Program-made: the position numbers and the translations under genes
The notes under the pieces: generated by a model
Database searches by the model: none
Seen by the model: the letters and a program-made list of their open reading frames with translations, nothing else
Told to the model about the DNA's origin: nothing
Source of the DNA: Ptychomitrium polyphyllum
Lineage: Eukaryota
Length of the DNA: 64,000 nucleotides
NCBI GenBank assembly: GCA_973851085.1
Contig: OZ316776.1
Location: 13,082,001 to 13,146,000, forward strand
Direction: 5' to 3'
Shown: positions 13,278 through 25,045 of the stretch, one piece after another
Layout: each line of letters starts with the position of its first letter
Position numbering within the stretch: the stretch's first letter is position 1

Positions 13278-15539
13278 TTACAAGCGTCGTTGATACAAGG
13301 AAGGTTGAGACCCAGGTCGATTTCCTGACACATCACTATCATTCCGCATATATTGTGATGAAGATTGACTATCCTTCGGCTGGTGGGCCTGATGTTGGCG
13401 AGCAAAGAACTCCTGAATCTCTTGTGGAGTCATGGCTGCTCCACCCGAACTCTGCGCCTCATGCATCTTTGCTTGCAACTTTGGAATGACCACAAAAAGC
13501 TAGGATAAGACACAATTCCATTTAAAGATACAAATACCTTCAATTATGATGCAAGAGGAAAAAATAGGTGTTCGGTCGAATCTGTTTCAAAATTTCAGGA
13601 GAAGACAGCCATCGTTTACATACCTAAAACACCTTCATTCATGGTCGTCAAAGGTGATTAAGTCATGATGTGTAAGATACTTACCTCCTGAATAACAGCT
13701 TGTTGCTGATCCACAGGAATGCCCCGTAACTGCTGTAACATGCCCATTTGCTGCACAAGTCGCACAAGTCAAATAATATCATGAAAGGAGCAAAATTTAT
13801 GTGACTGCGTATTTTACCACCTTGCACATCACCATTGATGACTACATAACAAAACTTGCAACTTATAGCAGACCAAAATGTTACGAACTCCAGCTTTTGT
13901 GTACACCCTTGCACCTCTAAATTTACCTATGGTCTGCATGCCAATATAATTTTGATCACCATCAAAAATTCTACTGATCGTGAAACTGGAACTGAAAGGT
14001 ATTTAGACTCTTCCAAGTGGCCAATTAGGAAGTTTTTAGTACAAACCTGCTGTTGGAATTTCTTGACCTCCTCCATTTTCTGTGCAAAAGCTTCCGGCCC
14101 TAACTCTGCCTCTTCACAAGCCATCTCCTCTCTGACGAATAATTCCTTAAATCAGAACTCACATCGTACATACAGATAGTGCCAGATGTACACAAAAGAC
14201 TTGCTGAATGTCACAGAAGCTTAATTACTGTCACTCCAGACAACATCTAGTAAATACGATGAGAAGAAAAGCCAAGATTAATTGAATGCAACGAAGAGCT
14301 CCTGGCTGCTAACACTAAACCTCCATTTTGCCACATTTCTGTTTGAAAAGTGATCGTGAACAAACGACGCAAGTACTTCTTATAACGTATGATGGTGAAC
14401 ATTCTCATGCTTACCGTGACACAAATTGATAGAATTGAATCATCAAATCACGATCGTTTGCATAAACTGTGTTCACCTTTCCCAAGCAATCAATTCCGAA
14501 TTTTGGATCTGCAAATACCAGATTACTATTCAGTTAGAACTACTGATAAACATTTAGAGCTCTTCCAATTTATATTGGTACCCCTAAAGATTAATAAGCG
14601 ATAAATACAACCATTCAGCAAATCGTAATTCTAGAACATCAACCACACAAGAGACCAATCATTAATCAAATATACACAAAATAATCAACTGTAGAAAACT
14701 TTGAGCCTAGTCATAGGAAATAAAAGAGTTAAAGATGAAAAGGAAGGTCACCTACACCCATCTTGAGAAACAGCTCCTCCTGGATTTCAGTGGTCACGTT
14801 CACTGCTTCCTGCGAAATCCAATATCGTTTTACATCAAGAGAAATTAGAAACAAACAAAGCGGAGGCAAACGAGTGGAGGCAAACGAGCATCGTGGAAGG
14901 CAAAATACTTGGAGCCGCCAAACCTATGAAGCCATTAATAGCAAGCACATCTTGAAGGTCTTACTGGAGTTGTTACACAAGAGCTACGTCCACAAGCTCT
15001 ATCCACAGCATTCAAAAGCCGACGAGTACTCATATATACAGAAGAACATGCTAGACAAGACATCAAATCCAACAGGATTCCAGATGACAGTCACCTGTTT
15101 CGCCCGAACAGCATCTGCAATGCGACGTTTTGTCTCTGTTTCCATCCAAAACAACAGACCACAAGTTACCATTCCAACATACATGCCAAATCGTGCAACG
15201 AACAAGAAATCAAACCAACCTAAATCTGGTACAAATAAAACGATTAGAAATTCTCTAGAAAAGATTATAAAACCCTCGAGTGACGAAACTGTAGTAGATT
15301 CAAATTGACACAATATAAATTAACTATGTGGCGAGAATAGAACCACTAATGATATTGTGAAAGAATACACCATAACTATAAAAACACCAGAAAATCTGCT
15401 CACCAGGCTGGTCAAGGACGTTCGAAAAGTCTCGAAACAACTGCAGTAACTGCTCTTTCGTGAGCATGCCCGAAGATTGTAAGTCAGGATTGGATTGTCC
15501 CCCAAAGATTCCACCCGCCCAGTTGAAATAAGACGCCAT
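13278..15539 (-). CDS. Conserved uncharacterised plant protein (helical, Gln-rich C-terminus), 7 coding exons
   Basis: Exons splice in frame: MASYFNWAGG...LDQP (15539-15404), ETKRRIADAVRAKQ (15135-15095), EAVNVTTEIQEELFLKMGV, DPKFGIDCLGKVNTVYANDRDLMIQFYQFVSR, EEMACEEAELGPEAFAQKM, QMGMLQQLRGIPVDQQQAVIQE, and a last exon to the stop at 13278. Resembles a land-plant family I recall as having no assigned function. Confidence 0.85.
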
Positions 15540-18500
15540 ATCCCAAACTCGTCTGGCTGCCACCCAAACTTCGACAAAACCATGTTCAGCTGACAATAAA
15601 CCTCAAATAAAAGTTCCCTACCCAAAACAACACATCCAACGACAAAATTCATCTCCAACTAAATCAAGATGTAGAACCCCTTGAAGACATGAAAACCTGT
15701 CGTCCGTTCAAATTACTCCTAAGCTCTCCAAACTGATCAAACCCACACGTAAGCTCTCGAACAACCCTAGCCCAAAGTAGTCAACCCTAATGAACTCAGC
15801 AAGCCAAAAGTCTGCCTTTTCTTCACACTCCACAATGACTCGCGCCTGCATAATACACCTTCCTGCAACATCTAACCATTCGTTCAAAACCATGACGAAC
15901 CCATTACCGCCAAAACCCTCCAAACAAGACGATAGCAGGTTTCACCCTAAACCCTAAATCCTGAAAACCAGTCACAACCTTCAGGCTTCTTTTTCTAAAC
16001 CAACTTCTTGCACCCAGTTCTTCAAAACCCTCAAGCACCCCACAAATGGTGATCAAACGTTGGATCAACTTCAGTTTCACCAGATAAGTTCAGGGTGGTG
16101 CAAACTCAGCAACGCATCCAAGAGTGCCCAGGCAATCAAAAGCCCGCGATGGAAATTCACATGTGATGACTTACTGACTGCCTGTTGTTGTTGCGATTGG
16201 TCGATCCGGAAGTGAGTTTATTTGTCGATCGAACCAAAGCTGCAGACTGCGAAGCACGCACCTGCACATTCCTCGCCCATGCTCCTCGCTCTCACGGCGT
16301 CTTGCTTGCAACCCCTATTCCGCTACTGCCCCCAACTCCGTCACCTTCCTAGACACAGCTTAGGCACGCAATTCCGTCTCTGTTTCCAACGCGATAACAT
16401 CTGCGCTGCGAGTACACTTGAGTGTTCAAAAATCTCTCAAGCGTAGATATGTTAGACCCTGGACCTTCCGTGCCCCTGCGCCGCTGACGTCGGTTACGAT
16501 TGGAAAGTGTCGGATGAAAATGGCATCCTGGATGAATGAGAGGACAGACGGACGGATGGTTCTCACGAGGGGCTCCGTCAGTTCTCCTCAAAGGCGATTC
16601 TATTGTACCACTGTTACTTTTACAGAGAACTGTTTATTTCTGGTGAGTGATAAACTGCGTAAGAGCCGTTTCACATGAGTGTAAAATGTCCTGATGCTGT
16701 AAAATGAGCGAGAGTTTCCATTGGTCCTTGCATTCAACTGTTTTCCATGTAAGAAGGAAAGTAAGGAATTGGCAATTATGAGCAATATTGTTTTTTGAGG
16801 TTGGAATTCAGGTTTAGAAACTTATATGGCAAATATAGTGTTGACATGACCAAGGAAGTGATAATCTCGTTCTTTGAGAGAGAAAAATTCCTATTGGTTG
16901 CTCAACATAATGAGACAAAATCCATGTTATTGCAATCAGCCTTGTTATATGAGAAAGTTGTTCACGTAAAAGTTGTGTCAATATGAATCCTCCACCTTCC
17001 ATTCAAAGTAGGAGAATGAAGCCATTGATTAAACTTTATTAAACCAAATTTTTGTCACTTCCTTAATAAATATTTCAGTAATCTATAAAAATAATTCTTT
17101 TGCCAAAATGAAGAATCTTCAAAATCTATATAAAAAGTAGTACTTAGAATCTCTTTATGAATTTTTTTAAGATTAATTAGTAGAGTATTTCTTATATAAC
17201 TACAATAATAATCATTTAAATTGACAATAATAGAAGGAAATTGAAATCAATTTCATTGATTTTTAAATATTATAACTTCAATCATATCCTATTTACAATG
17301 GAATCTATTTTAAGAATGGCTTTATAAATGGAAATCAGAAGAATATGATATAAGGTCATTAATCCAATAAAAATTATAATGAAAATAAAAATTGAGTAAA
17401 ATTTTGATTCTTTTTTCATTCAATAATTTGTACCACAAGTATGAATGGACTAAACTTGGATGTATTTATATGAAAGCTATAATATACAATGTAATATATA
17501 ATACTACAAAAACATCATAAATTTTGAAGTAAATTTGAATTGTTGTTTTAAAAGTAGTTAAATGTCAAAGTAGGTTATGTCAAATACTCATTTTTATTCA
17601 AAGTTATATAGAAGATCTTCAAAAACATACACAAGATTTGGAATGAAACAAAACTTGTTTTATATTTCTTTTAAGCATTTCCTTAAATACGTTTGTATCA
17701 TTTATCAATAAAATTTAGCCTTTATATTCTCCAAATCAAATTAAAATAATAACAATAATAATAATTGCTATTAAAATGGCATTTAATAATCATTCATAGA
17801 ATCCATGGAATAGAATTTTTAAGTTCATTACAAAAGGCCATCGGTGTTAACATGAGCCATTACTGCATTTGTCTCATCTTGTATTTGAACATTTTTCAAC
17901 ATTCAATAATTCCTTCACAAACTTAACTTCTCACAGTAAAATTCTTCAACACTTTCCTTTTACAATTTTCACCTACGACATTACTCTAACTTATTTATGT
18001 TCATAGAAAGCATCTTCGATAAAATCTTGAAAAACTAATACTCTGTTCCACCCCTGTTTGAATACAACGACGAAAGAAGAATATAAAACCCAAATACTAA
18101 AGCCAGCCATATACAAGAACATTCCCTTGACCTAGCATGCATGTAAAATATACTTCACAAAGCCACTGTCTAATCCCCAATAATGTGCCACATCCTCACA
18201 GGTACCATCATGACATGGCAGAGCAGGATGACGCCAAGCGCGGTTGCGAGCATGGTTTGGTGATTGTCACGAATCGTGAGCGCCCTGTGTAGATAACAGA
18301 TTGACGGTAACGAACGAACTACGACGGGCCCCGAAGCACCCCCTACCGCCGCGGGAAAGGCGAAGGGCGCCCCATGACCGCGTTCGCCACGCTCACTCTA
18401 TCCGCTGGGAATGCAGTGCAGCCGTCGCCGAGAGCAGCGAGCAGCGAGCACATGGGAACGATCGCATCGCGCACCCGATTGACTGGGCACCCGATTCGGA

Positions 18501-18598
18501 CGACAGGTTCCTAGTTTTGCAGCTGAAGTTTCAAGCTTCCACCCCAAGTTTCCAGTATTGCAGCTCAAAGCTCACCTCTTTAGCTTTGGAGTGCTGCA

Positions 18599-21217
18599 AT
18601 GGCGGTGTCTACTGCAGCTGCGTCGGCTTCGTCGCTCGTGCTTAAGGCAACCTGCTTCGCGGGTTCTGCTGTTGTGAGTGCATTCAGAGCCTTGCTTCTG
18701 TGGGTTCAAATGGGGGACTTGCATATGGGTTGCGAGGTTTTCTCTTCCTGGGGTGGGCATGTTGCTGCTGTCTGGTGTTTCGTTTGGTCTCTAGTGTTCC
18801 ATCTGGTGCTTGGGTGTGGTGGGGGATGAATGGAGCTAGGAAGTGTTGGAGAATTGAGCTCTCCGAGCTTTGTGACGTGAGTGAAGTTTTGAGCTTTGTT
18901 GGTCTGTGTTTGGAAGAACAGATGGTAAGTTTGGGAATGTGCGTGAATTTGCTGAGATTTGAGCAGCAGCATTTCGGGGTTTGTAGCGGTTTGATTGAGC
19001 ATGGCATTATGGAGCGGGAATGAGATTGTTGTGAAGATTTGTAGGCATTATCTTCAGCTGAATGATGGAGTCGCATGATGGAGTTTGGTTTTAACATTTT
19101 AGTGGGGTCCGACAGACGACCACACCAGCGAGGTTGAATGGCGCTCCGAACCTCCGGAGTCGGACGGCGGTTTCCTGTGTTAGAGCGTCGACATCCGAAT
19201 CTAACAATGGTAATGAAATCGAGCCTGGAATGAATCGTCTCTACCACATGATCTCCTCAAAATATTTTTTGCATCGTGAATTCCTGTGTGGGAAGATATC
19301 AAATTCGTGTACTGAATGCATCTCACGTTGCGGCTGATAGAGTCGGAGGCTGTGACGCGGAGACAAGTGTTGGGAGTAGCTGCTGCCGTAGCAGTCACCG
19401 TCTCTACGTTCGGAAACCCCGCACTTGCAATAAGTATTCAATCTAACCTTTTGCATCTGCTTTTGTCGTTTCCTTTCAACTGTTTCTTAGTTTATGAAAG
19501 TCAGAGTCATGTGTAGGAGACTTGTTGTTCTGTTTAAATGTTTAGTAGCACGCTTGCAGTAACCTTTACGATACCGAGCAGTATGAGAAGAGTAAACACT
19601 ATTTTACAAAATACCCAGTGAAATCCTGCAGTACATGGATTTGCTTAAGTGCATTAGGGTTACAGTCCAGAGTTTACACAGCAATAGAAGCTCTTAGAGT
19701 TCTCTATTTAGTTATGAATCCCCCAAGCTTTTCCATCTGTTCCGTTGAGGAACAGGTTCATGTGCACTTTAGAATGCTCTGCAAATACCGTAAGGTAGAT
19801 GTAGGCAGCAGTACATCAGTAGTTAAGGCTAGCCGATGGTGCGCTGCAGTGAATTTCACGGGCTGCTCTCATCTTTGCACAGACTAATAATGATAGTGGA
19901 TGTTTGGGCACTCATTCCATGGTGCAGACGCTCCCAAGGGCTACACCGCGGTTCTGGACAATGCCGACGGTTACAAGTTCTTCTACCCTTTTGGATGGCA
20001 GGTACGATGTCAACCAGATCATTCTTGAGTTTACAGGTTTTTTATTTTTTTATTTTCTGTCTCTTCAGCGGTAGCTGATCGCATTAGTGTGATTCTGTGG
20101 GTGACTCCAGGAAGTTGCAGTCAAAGGTCAGGACGTGGCGTTCAAAGATGTGATTGAGCCTCTGGAGAGCGTGAGCGTGAGCATTATAAAGACCGACAAG
20201 ACAAGTCTGTCAGAACTAGGAACTCCAGATGAGGTATTTTTATTTTACAGCTGATAATGTATGTACATTCGCTTACTCTGTAACAAATGGACTTTGAAGC
20301 TTGCTGTAAGTGGATACAGAAGATATGATTTGTTCATTCTGCAGTGCGTTAATACAAGACTTGTCCACTGGGATTCCAATGCAGGTAGCTAAGGCTCTGG
20401 TTGATAAGGTGTTGGCTTCACCAATCCAGAAAACTCAACTTGTGGAAGCTAAAGAGGTACACCACCATTTTTGTTCTATTCAAGGAATAGTTTGAAGTAC
20501 CATGGCACCTTTTCTATGACTGAAATCACTATAATGATCCATCTCCATGCTTTCTAAATCTATTATCTCTTTGTGCAGCGCTCTAATGACGGCAACACGT
20601 ACTATACTTTCGAGTTTCTGGCCAAGGCTTCGAACTTCACTCGTCATGGACTCGGCACTGTGGCAATTAAGGATGGTACATTCTCATTCTCCTGACCTGT
20701 TATTTTTACATGCTCCTTTTTATTCTAAATAAATATTTCCAGATAATTAGGATGGGCTCCAAAAGTTGGTGCCTGGCAACTTGGTTGTCTTCTCAGCAAA
20801 TATCTCTTATGAAGTACAGTAGGTGGTAGCAAGTTCAATGCCCCATATCATACATTATCTCAAAGAAAATAAGTAACGTGAATTATGAGGACTTTACATA
20901 CGAGGGCCACCAATAGGAGAAATTCGTACGTTGAAGGTCTCTACAAATTCCTTGCGGAGAGTTGTCTGTACTATGGATCGGCGGCATCAGACTGTGTGAT
21001 TGCCTCTGACTCTTGGTCTCTCATTCTTGAATATGCTTGGACATAACATTCCTGAAAGAATATACTCAATTTAGGAACTAACCCTCTCCGATCATTTTTT
21101 GATCCGTCTTGTACAGGAAAATTCTACACGCTTACAACAGGATCAAATGAGCGACGATGGGATAAAATGTCGGACAAGCTGAAGATGATCGTCAATTCTT
21201 TTGAGCTCTTGGTTTAG
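18599..21217 (+). CDS. PPL1: PsbP-like protein 1, thylakoid lumen
   Basis: 8 exons (18599-18673, 19116-19209, 19341-19433, 19928-20001, ~20111-20233, ~20385-20456, ~20579-20675, ~21117-21217). Transit peptide, twin-Arg Tat motif TRRQVL and AxA cleavage site, then YPFGWQEV, KDVIEPLESVSV, FYTLTTGSNERRW. Confidence 0.93.
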
Positions 21218-24200
21218 AACTAGTTGATTTTCTGGAGTGTCGACGTGAAGAGTCGGCTTTGTTTTATCCATTGCCAATGTGACTGTTAATCATTCTCGTT
21301 ACATGATAAGCGTGTCATGTTTCAGATGACTTGTACTCGAACAGATGGTGTATAGCCGTTTCCAATACAAATGTTTGAGGCATGACCTGAGCTCATGAAA
21401 TAAACCAATAAAATTAATTTGATATTTTCATAGGTGCTTATGCGGTTGCAGCACTGTGGGCAGGTAAGAATAGATCTATCACTGTACCCACTCTTGCAAG
21501 AAGATGACTCGATGTTTGATTGCATGGGCTTTATTTTATTTTGAGGTTTGGAGCACCATGATCGACTTCTCATTCCATTAATCTTGGCAAAGTCTTGTGT
21601 GTGGCACGTAACAAGGCTTGTAAGGCGGATCCCCATGACTGCCTTTCTTTTGTAGATTATATAGAACTAATTCCACTTTTGGAGTTAGGTGGAACATCTG
21701 CTGATATCTAGATCAGTCACAGATTTTTCTTTCCTGTGATTTAGATGTATTTTAGGGTCATGTTTAAGATTCTAACAATTTTGCTAAAAATTCATGGCAG
21801 ATTTGAAAATCTTTCAAAAATAAGGACCTCATAATAGTTGATCATTTCACACTCAGAATCTAAGGTAAGCCCTGTGTGTACCTGCACAAATATGAAGAAG
21901 TCCATTGTACACACATGTCATTTTCAACATGTTCCTAAAGAAGGTAATAGGGGTTCTGAGGCAAGGCAATGATTTCCAACATCGTCCAGTAGGATCTACT
22001 GCTGCCAGATGCATCTAGAACATGTGACAAATCATGTCATTCTGTACATCCCTCTTTTAGTCCATGAGTATGAGAAGTCAGGCTTTGCCACCTGGCCAGG
22101 TCCTGACATGGAGAATATCATGAGGGCCCTTTCACATGAGAGAGAGTCTTCGTACGGCATTAGAAACAAGAGTTTTCATTGGTTCTTATATGTGATTATA
22201 TTTCACATGAGAAGCAAGGCTAGGAATGAGCATTGGTAAGTTAAATACACTTTTGAGGTTTGAATTTCGATTTGGAAATTATTTAGCCAATGAAGTATTG
22301 ACAAGGTAAGAAATAAATAATGTTACAATTCTAGCCTTTAATTCCAAAGGTGATTGTATTTGGAGGGAAAATTAAAATTCTATTACTTGTCTAATTTTTC
22401 ACTAATTTTTGGAATAGGAAAAAGTTATTATATTTTCTAATATAGAGAAGTTATTGTATACAAAGGTGTTGCTATGTAAAAGAACCTCTAGTGTAAAGCA
22501 ATCAAAGGATTATCCAATTGTTATTTGAGGTCCAATTACCATTTCCTATGTTGAATTTTTTTTGCAAATAAAAAAGTGCAAAAGAATAAAATTGAAATTC
22601 CCTATTTTGAGAGCCTTAAGCCATAAACAAAACCTTTTAGGCCAAGTAGTAAAAGTTTCTAAATTTAAAAAAAACACCATAGTGACAAGTAATGATGTTC
22701 CATTGGACTTGGCTATCTTTGTTTTTCATCATCTAAATTTTTACACAATTAATACTTTAATGACCAAGCTAGAAATAAAAATAGCACTTTGAACCTTTAT
22801 ATTTGAAAAAATGATATTCTATTGGAGCCATAAAGAGACAAATAAAAAATTAGAATTGTGGGAGTGTATAATGGAACTTCCATAGAAATCTAACACATTT
22901 TTTTATTAACACCTCTTATTACAAGTGAACCAAAGAGTTTCTTATTTCTTACCTAATGAAACAAGGATTTAATCTAAAGGTACTAGTTGTTAATCTAAAG
23001 CCTAAATTTACAACTCTACAATATAATATAAATTGCCTTGCTACTTGCATATCTCCAACCTAAATACTCCACATATCTTGCATTGCTTCCTACTTGCCTT
23101 TCAATAGTTTTAACTTCAAAATGACATTTATAGATAAAATCTATAAATAACATCTCATTTTTTATATTATTTTAATTTCATCTTGACATTAAATTAATAT
23201 GAGTTTTAATGATGTCAAAATGACACAAGGATGTTTTAATTTAAAACAAAGTCAAAATAACTCAACAATTGATATTAAAATGACTTAATAAAAAGATATG
23301 GAAATGACCTGCCATAGGCAATTTCCATGTCATTTTTTAACATCATTTTGACATTATTTTAACTAATCCACATTAACGCCATTTTGATTGTTTAAATCTA
23401 TGTTTTTCTGGTATAATTTTGATTTCAAAATGACATCAAATTGATGTAAATATGAGTCCTTAAAATTTATGGTCCCATAAATCAAACTTTGCAAAAAATG
23501 CCATTAATTATTCATACATCTAATAAGTCCTATATCACTCTTTGACTTGAATATATAATTTTATCAAAACAATACATTGATTGCCACCTAAAATTAGTTT
23601 GTAACAACTTACCATTAAAGAAATTGAATTCAACAAAATTGAGTTATGAGTTAAATGAAATTATAATATAGATGTTGCACAAATTTACCAATTAGCTAAA
23701 AACATTATGGTTACTAAATACATTTTGCTGATCGTAATTTAAAAAATTGCATTGACTAAAAAAAGGTGTCAAAAAAAATTTAAGCTTTTTTCATGCATGT
23801 AAATGATGTAATTTTTCTTCTTTTATAGCCACCATATAATACATGAATTTAGATAAGGCAATTTGTAATCACAAAATAGAGTTTGGGCTCTTGACCTTGT
23901 GTAGCTAAGTAAATACTAACAAAGAACAACATCTTCATTTCAAATTAAACAATCTAACAATTGAGTTGCATGTATTGCTACAATAGTGATGCACAAACAA
24001 TACATTCATTTTGAATATTCTCTCAACGTCACTTTAGCACTTAAACTAAAGCCTAAGTCTAAAACGATGACAAAAACCTTATGAATTATTCATAAAATAA
24101 ACAAACTAAAAATAATAATGAATTAAAGTCAATCTAGATCAAATGACTTTTTAAAGTCTACAACAAACTTGGAATAGTACTACTGCTACTATTATAAGTG

Positions 24201-24549
24201 GTAAGGAATATGCATTGAAATATCCTTCTTGTGTCATACTACACACTAGTTCCATATTATTTTGTCATCAAAATAACACTAAAAATAATATAGATTTCAA
24301 CGTTATGAAAACGATATTAACATTTTTTGAGTTAAAATGGTGTAAAAAAATACTAGAAAATGGCATTGCATGTGGTTTTGAAGCCATTGTGACCCTATGC
24401 CATTTGCAAGCCCTTATTGACCTTAACCTGTACCATATGCAAGGCCTGTTGAAATGGTTTTGACCCAAGAGAGGATGCTGCTGACGTCGTGGCATCATTG
24501 GAAGGAGGATGATTTTCACGTGATGAGGACAGGGAAGATGCTGGGGATG

Positions 24550-24669
24550 GACGGGGATGATGGCCATGGGGATGGGGATCATGGGGATGGGCCTCACGGG
24601 GATGATGGCCATGGGGATGGGCCTCATGGGGATGGGGACCATGGGGATGGGGATCATGGGGACTGCGAT
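24550..24669. repeat. G-rich 15-bp minisatellite, 8 units (CAYGGGGATGRKSVY-like)
   Basis: Units such as CATGGGGATGGGGAT, CATGGGGATGGGCCT and CACGGGGATGATGGC lie head-to-tail about 380 bp upstream of the RUG3 ATG. Confidence 0.9.
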
Positions 24670-25045
24670 GCTGTGCGCCATTGGGGGAGGGGGCGTCTTG
24701 TGACTGCTGCGATGAGACGAGGGGTTTTCGTCCAGGTTTTAGCATCCATGGCAGAGTGCAGAGGAGGGGAGACTGCGACGGACTTTGTTCAGAACGGAGG
24801 TTCTGCACCCCCACCCTACCCCTGTGGTACGCATTCTTTCTTTCTGTCTTTCTTTCTTTCTTCCTGCCATCACTGCTTTGAGGGTGCGAGGACCTCACCC
24901 CAGCTCATAAGCTGTGATTCTTCTGAGTTGCGCTTTTGAAGATTTCTCTTTGACCAGCTTGCACTGAGGGCATGAGGTGAGCGTGTGACGACGAGACCAG
25001 CGTTCACTTCGTTCGGCGAAGTTCGTCTTGAGTTGCGGAGGCGAG

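Noticed and set aside
14763..15308. 181-aa plus-strand ORF
   Set aside because: Antisense to introns and exons of the minus-strand gene, with no recognisable motif.
18684..19247. 187-aa minus-strand ORF
   Set aside because: Antisense to PPL1 intron 1 and exon 2; no protein-like features.
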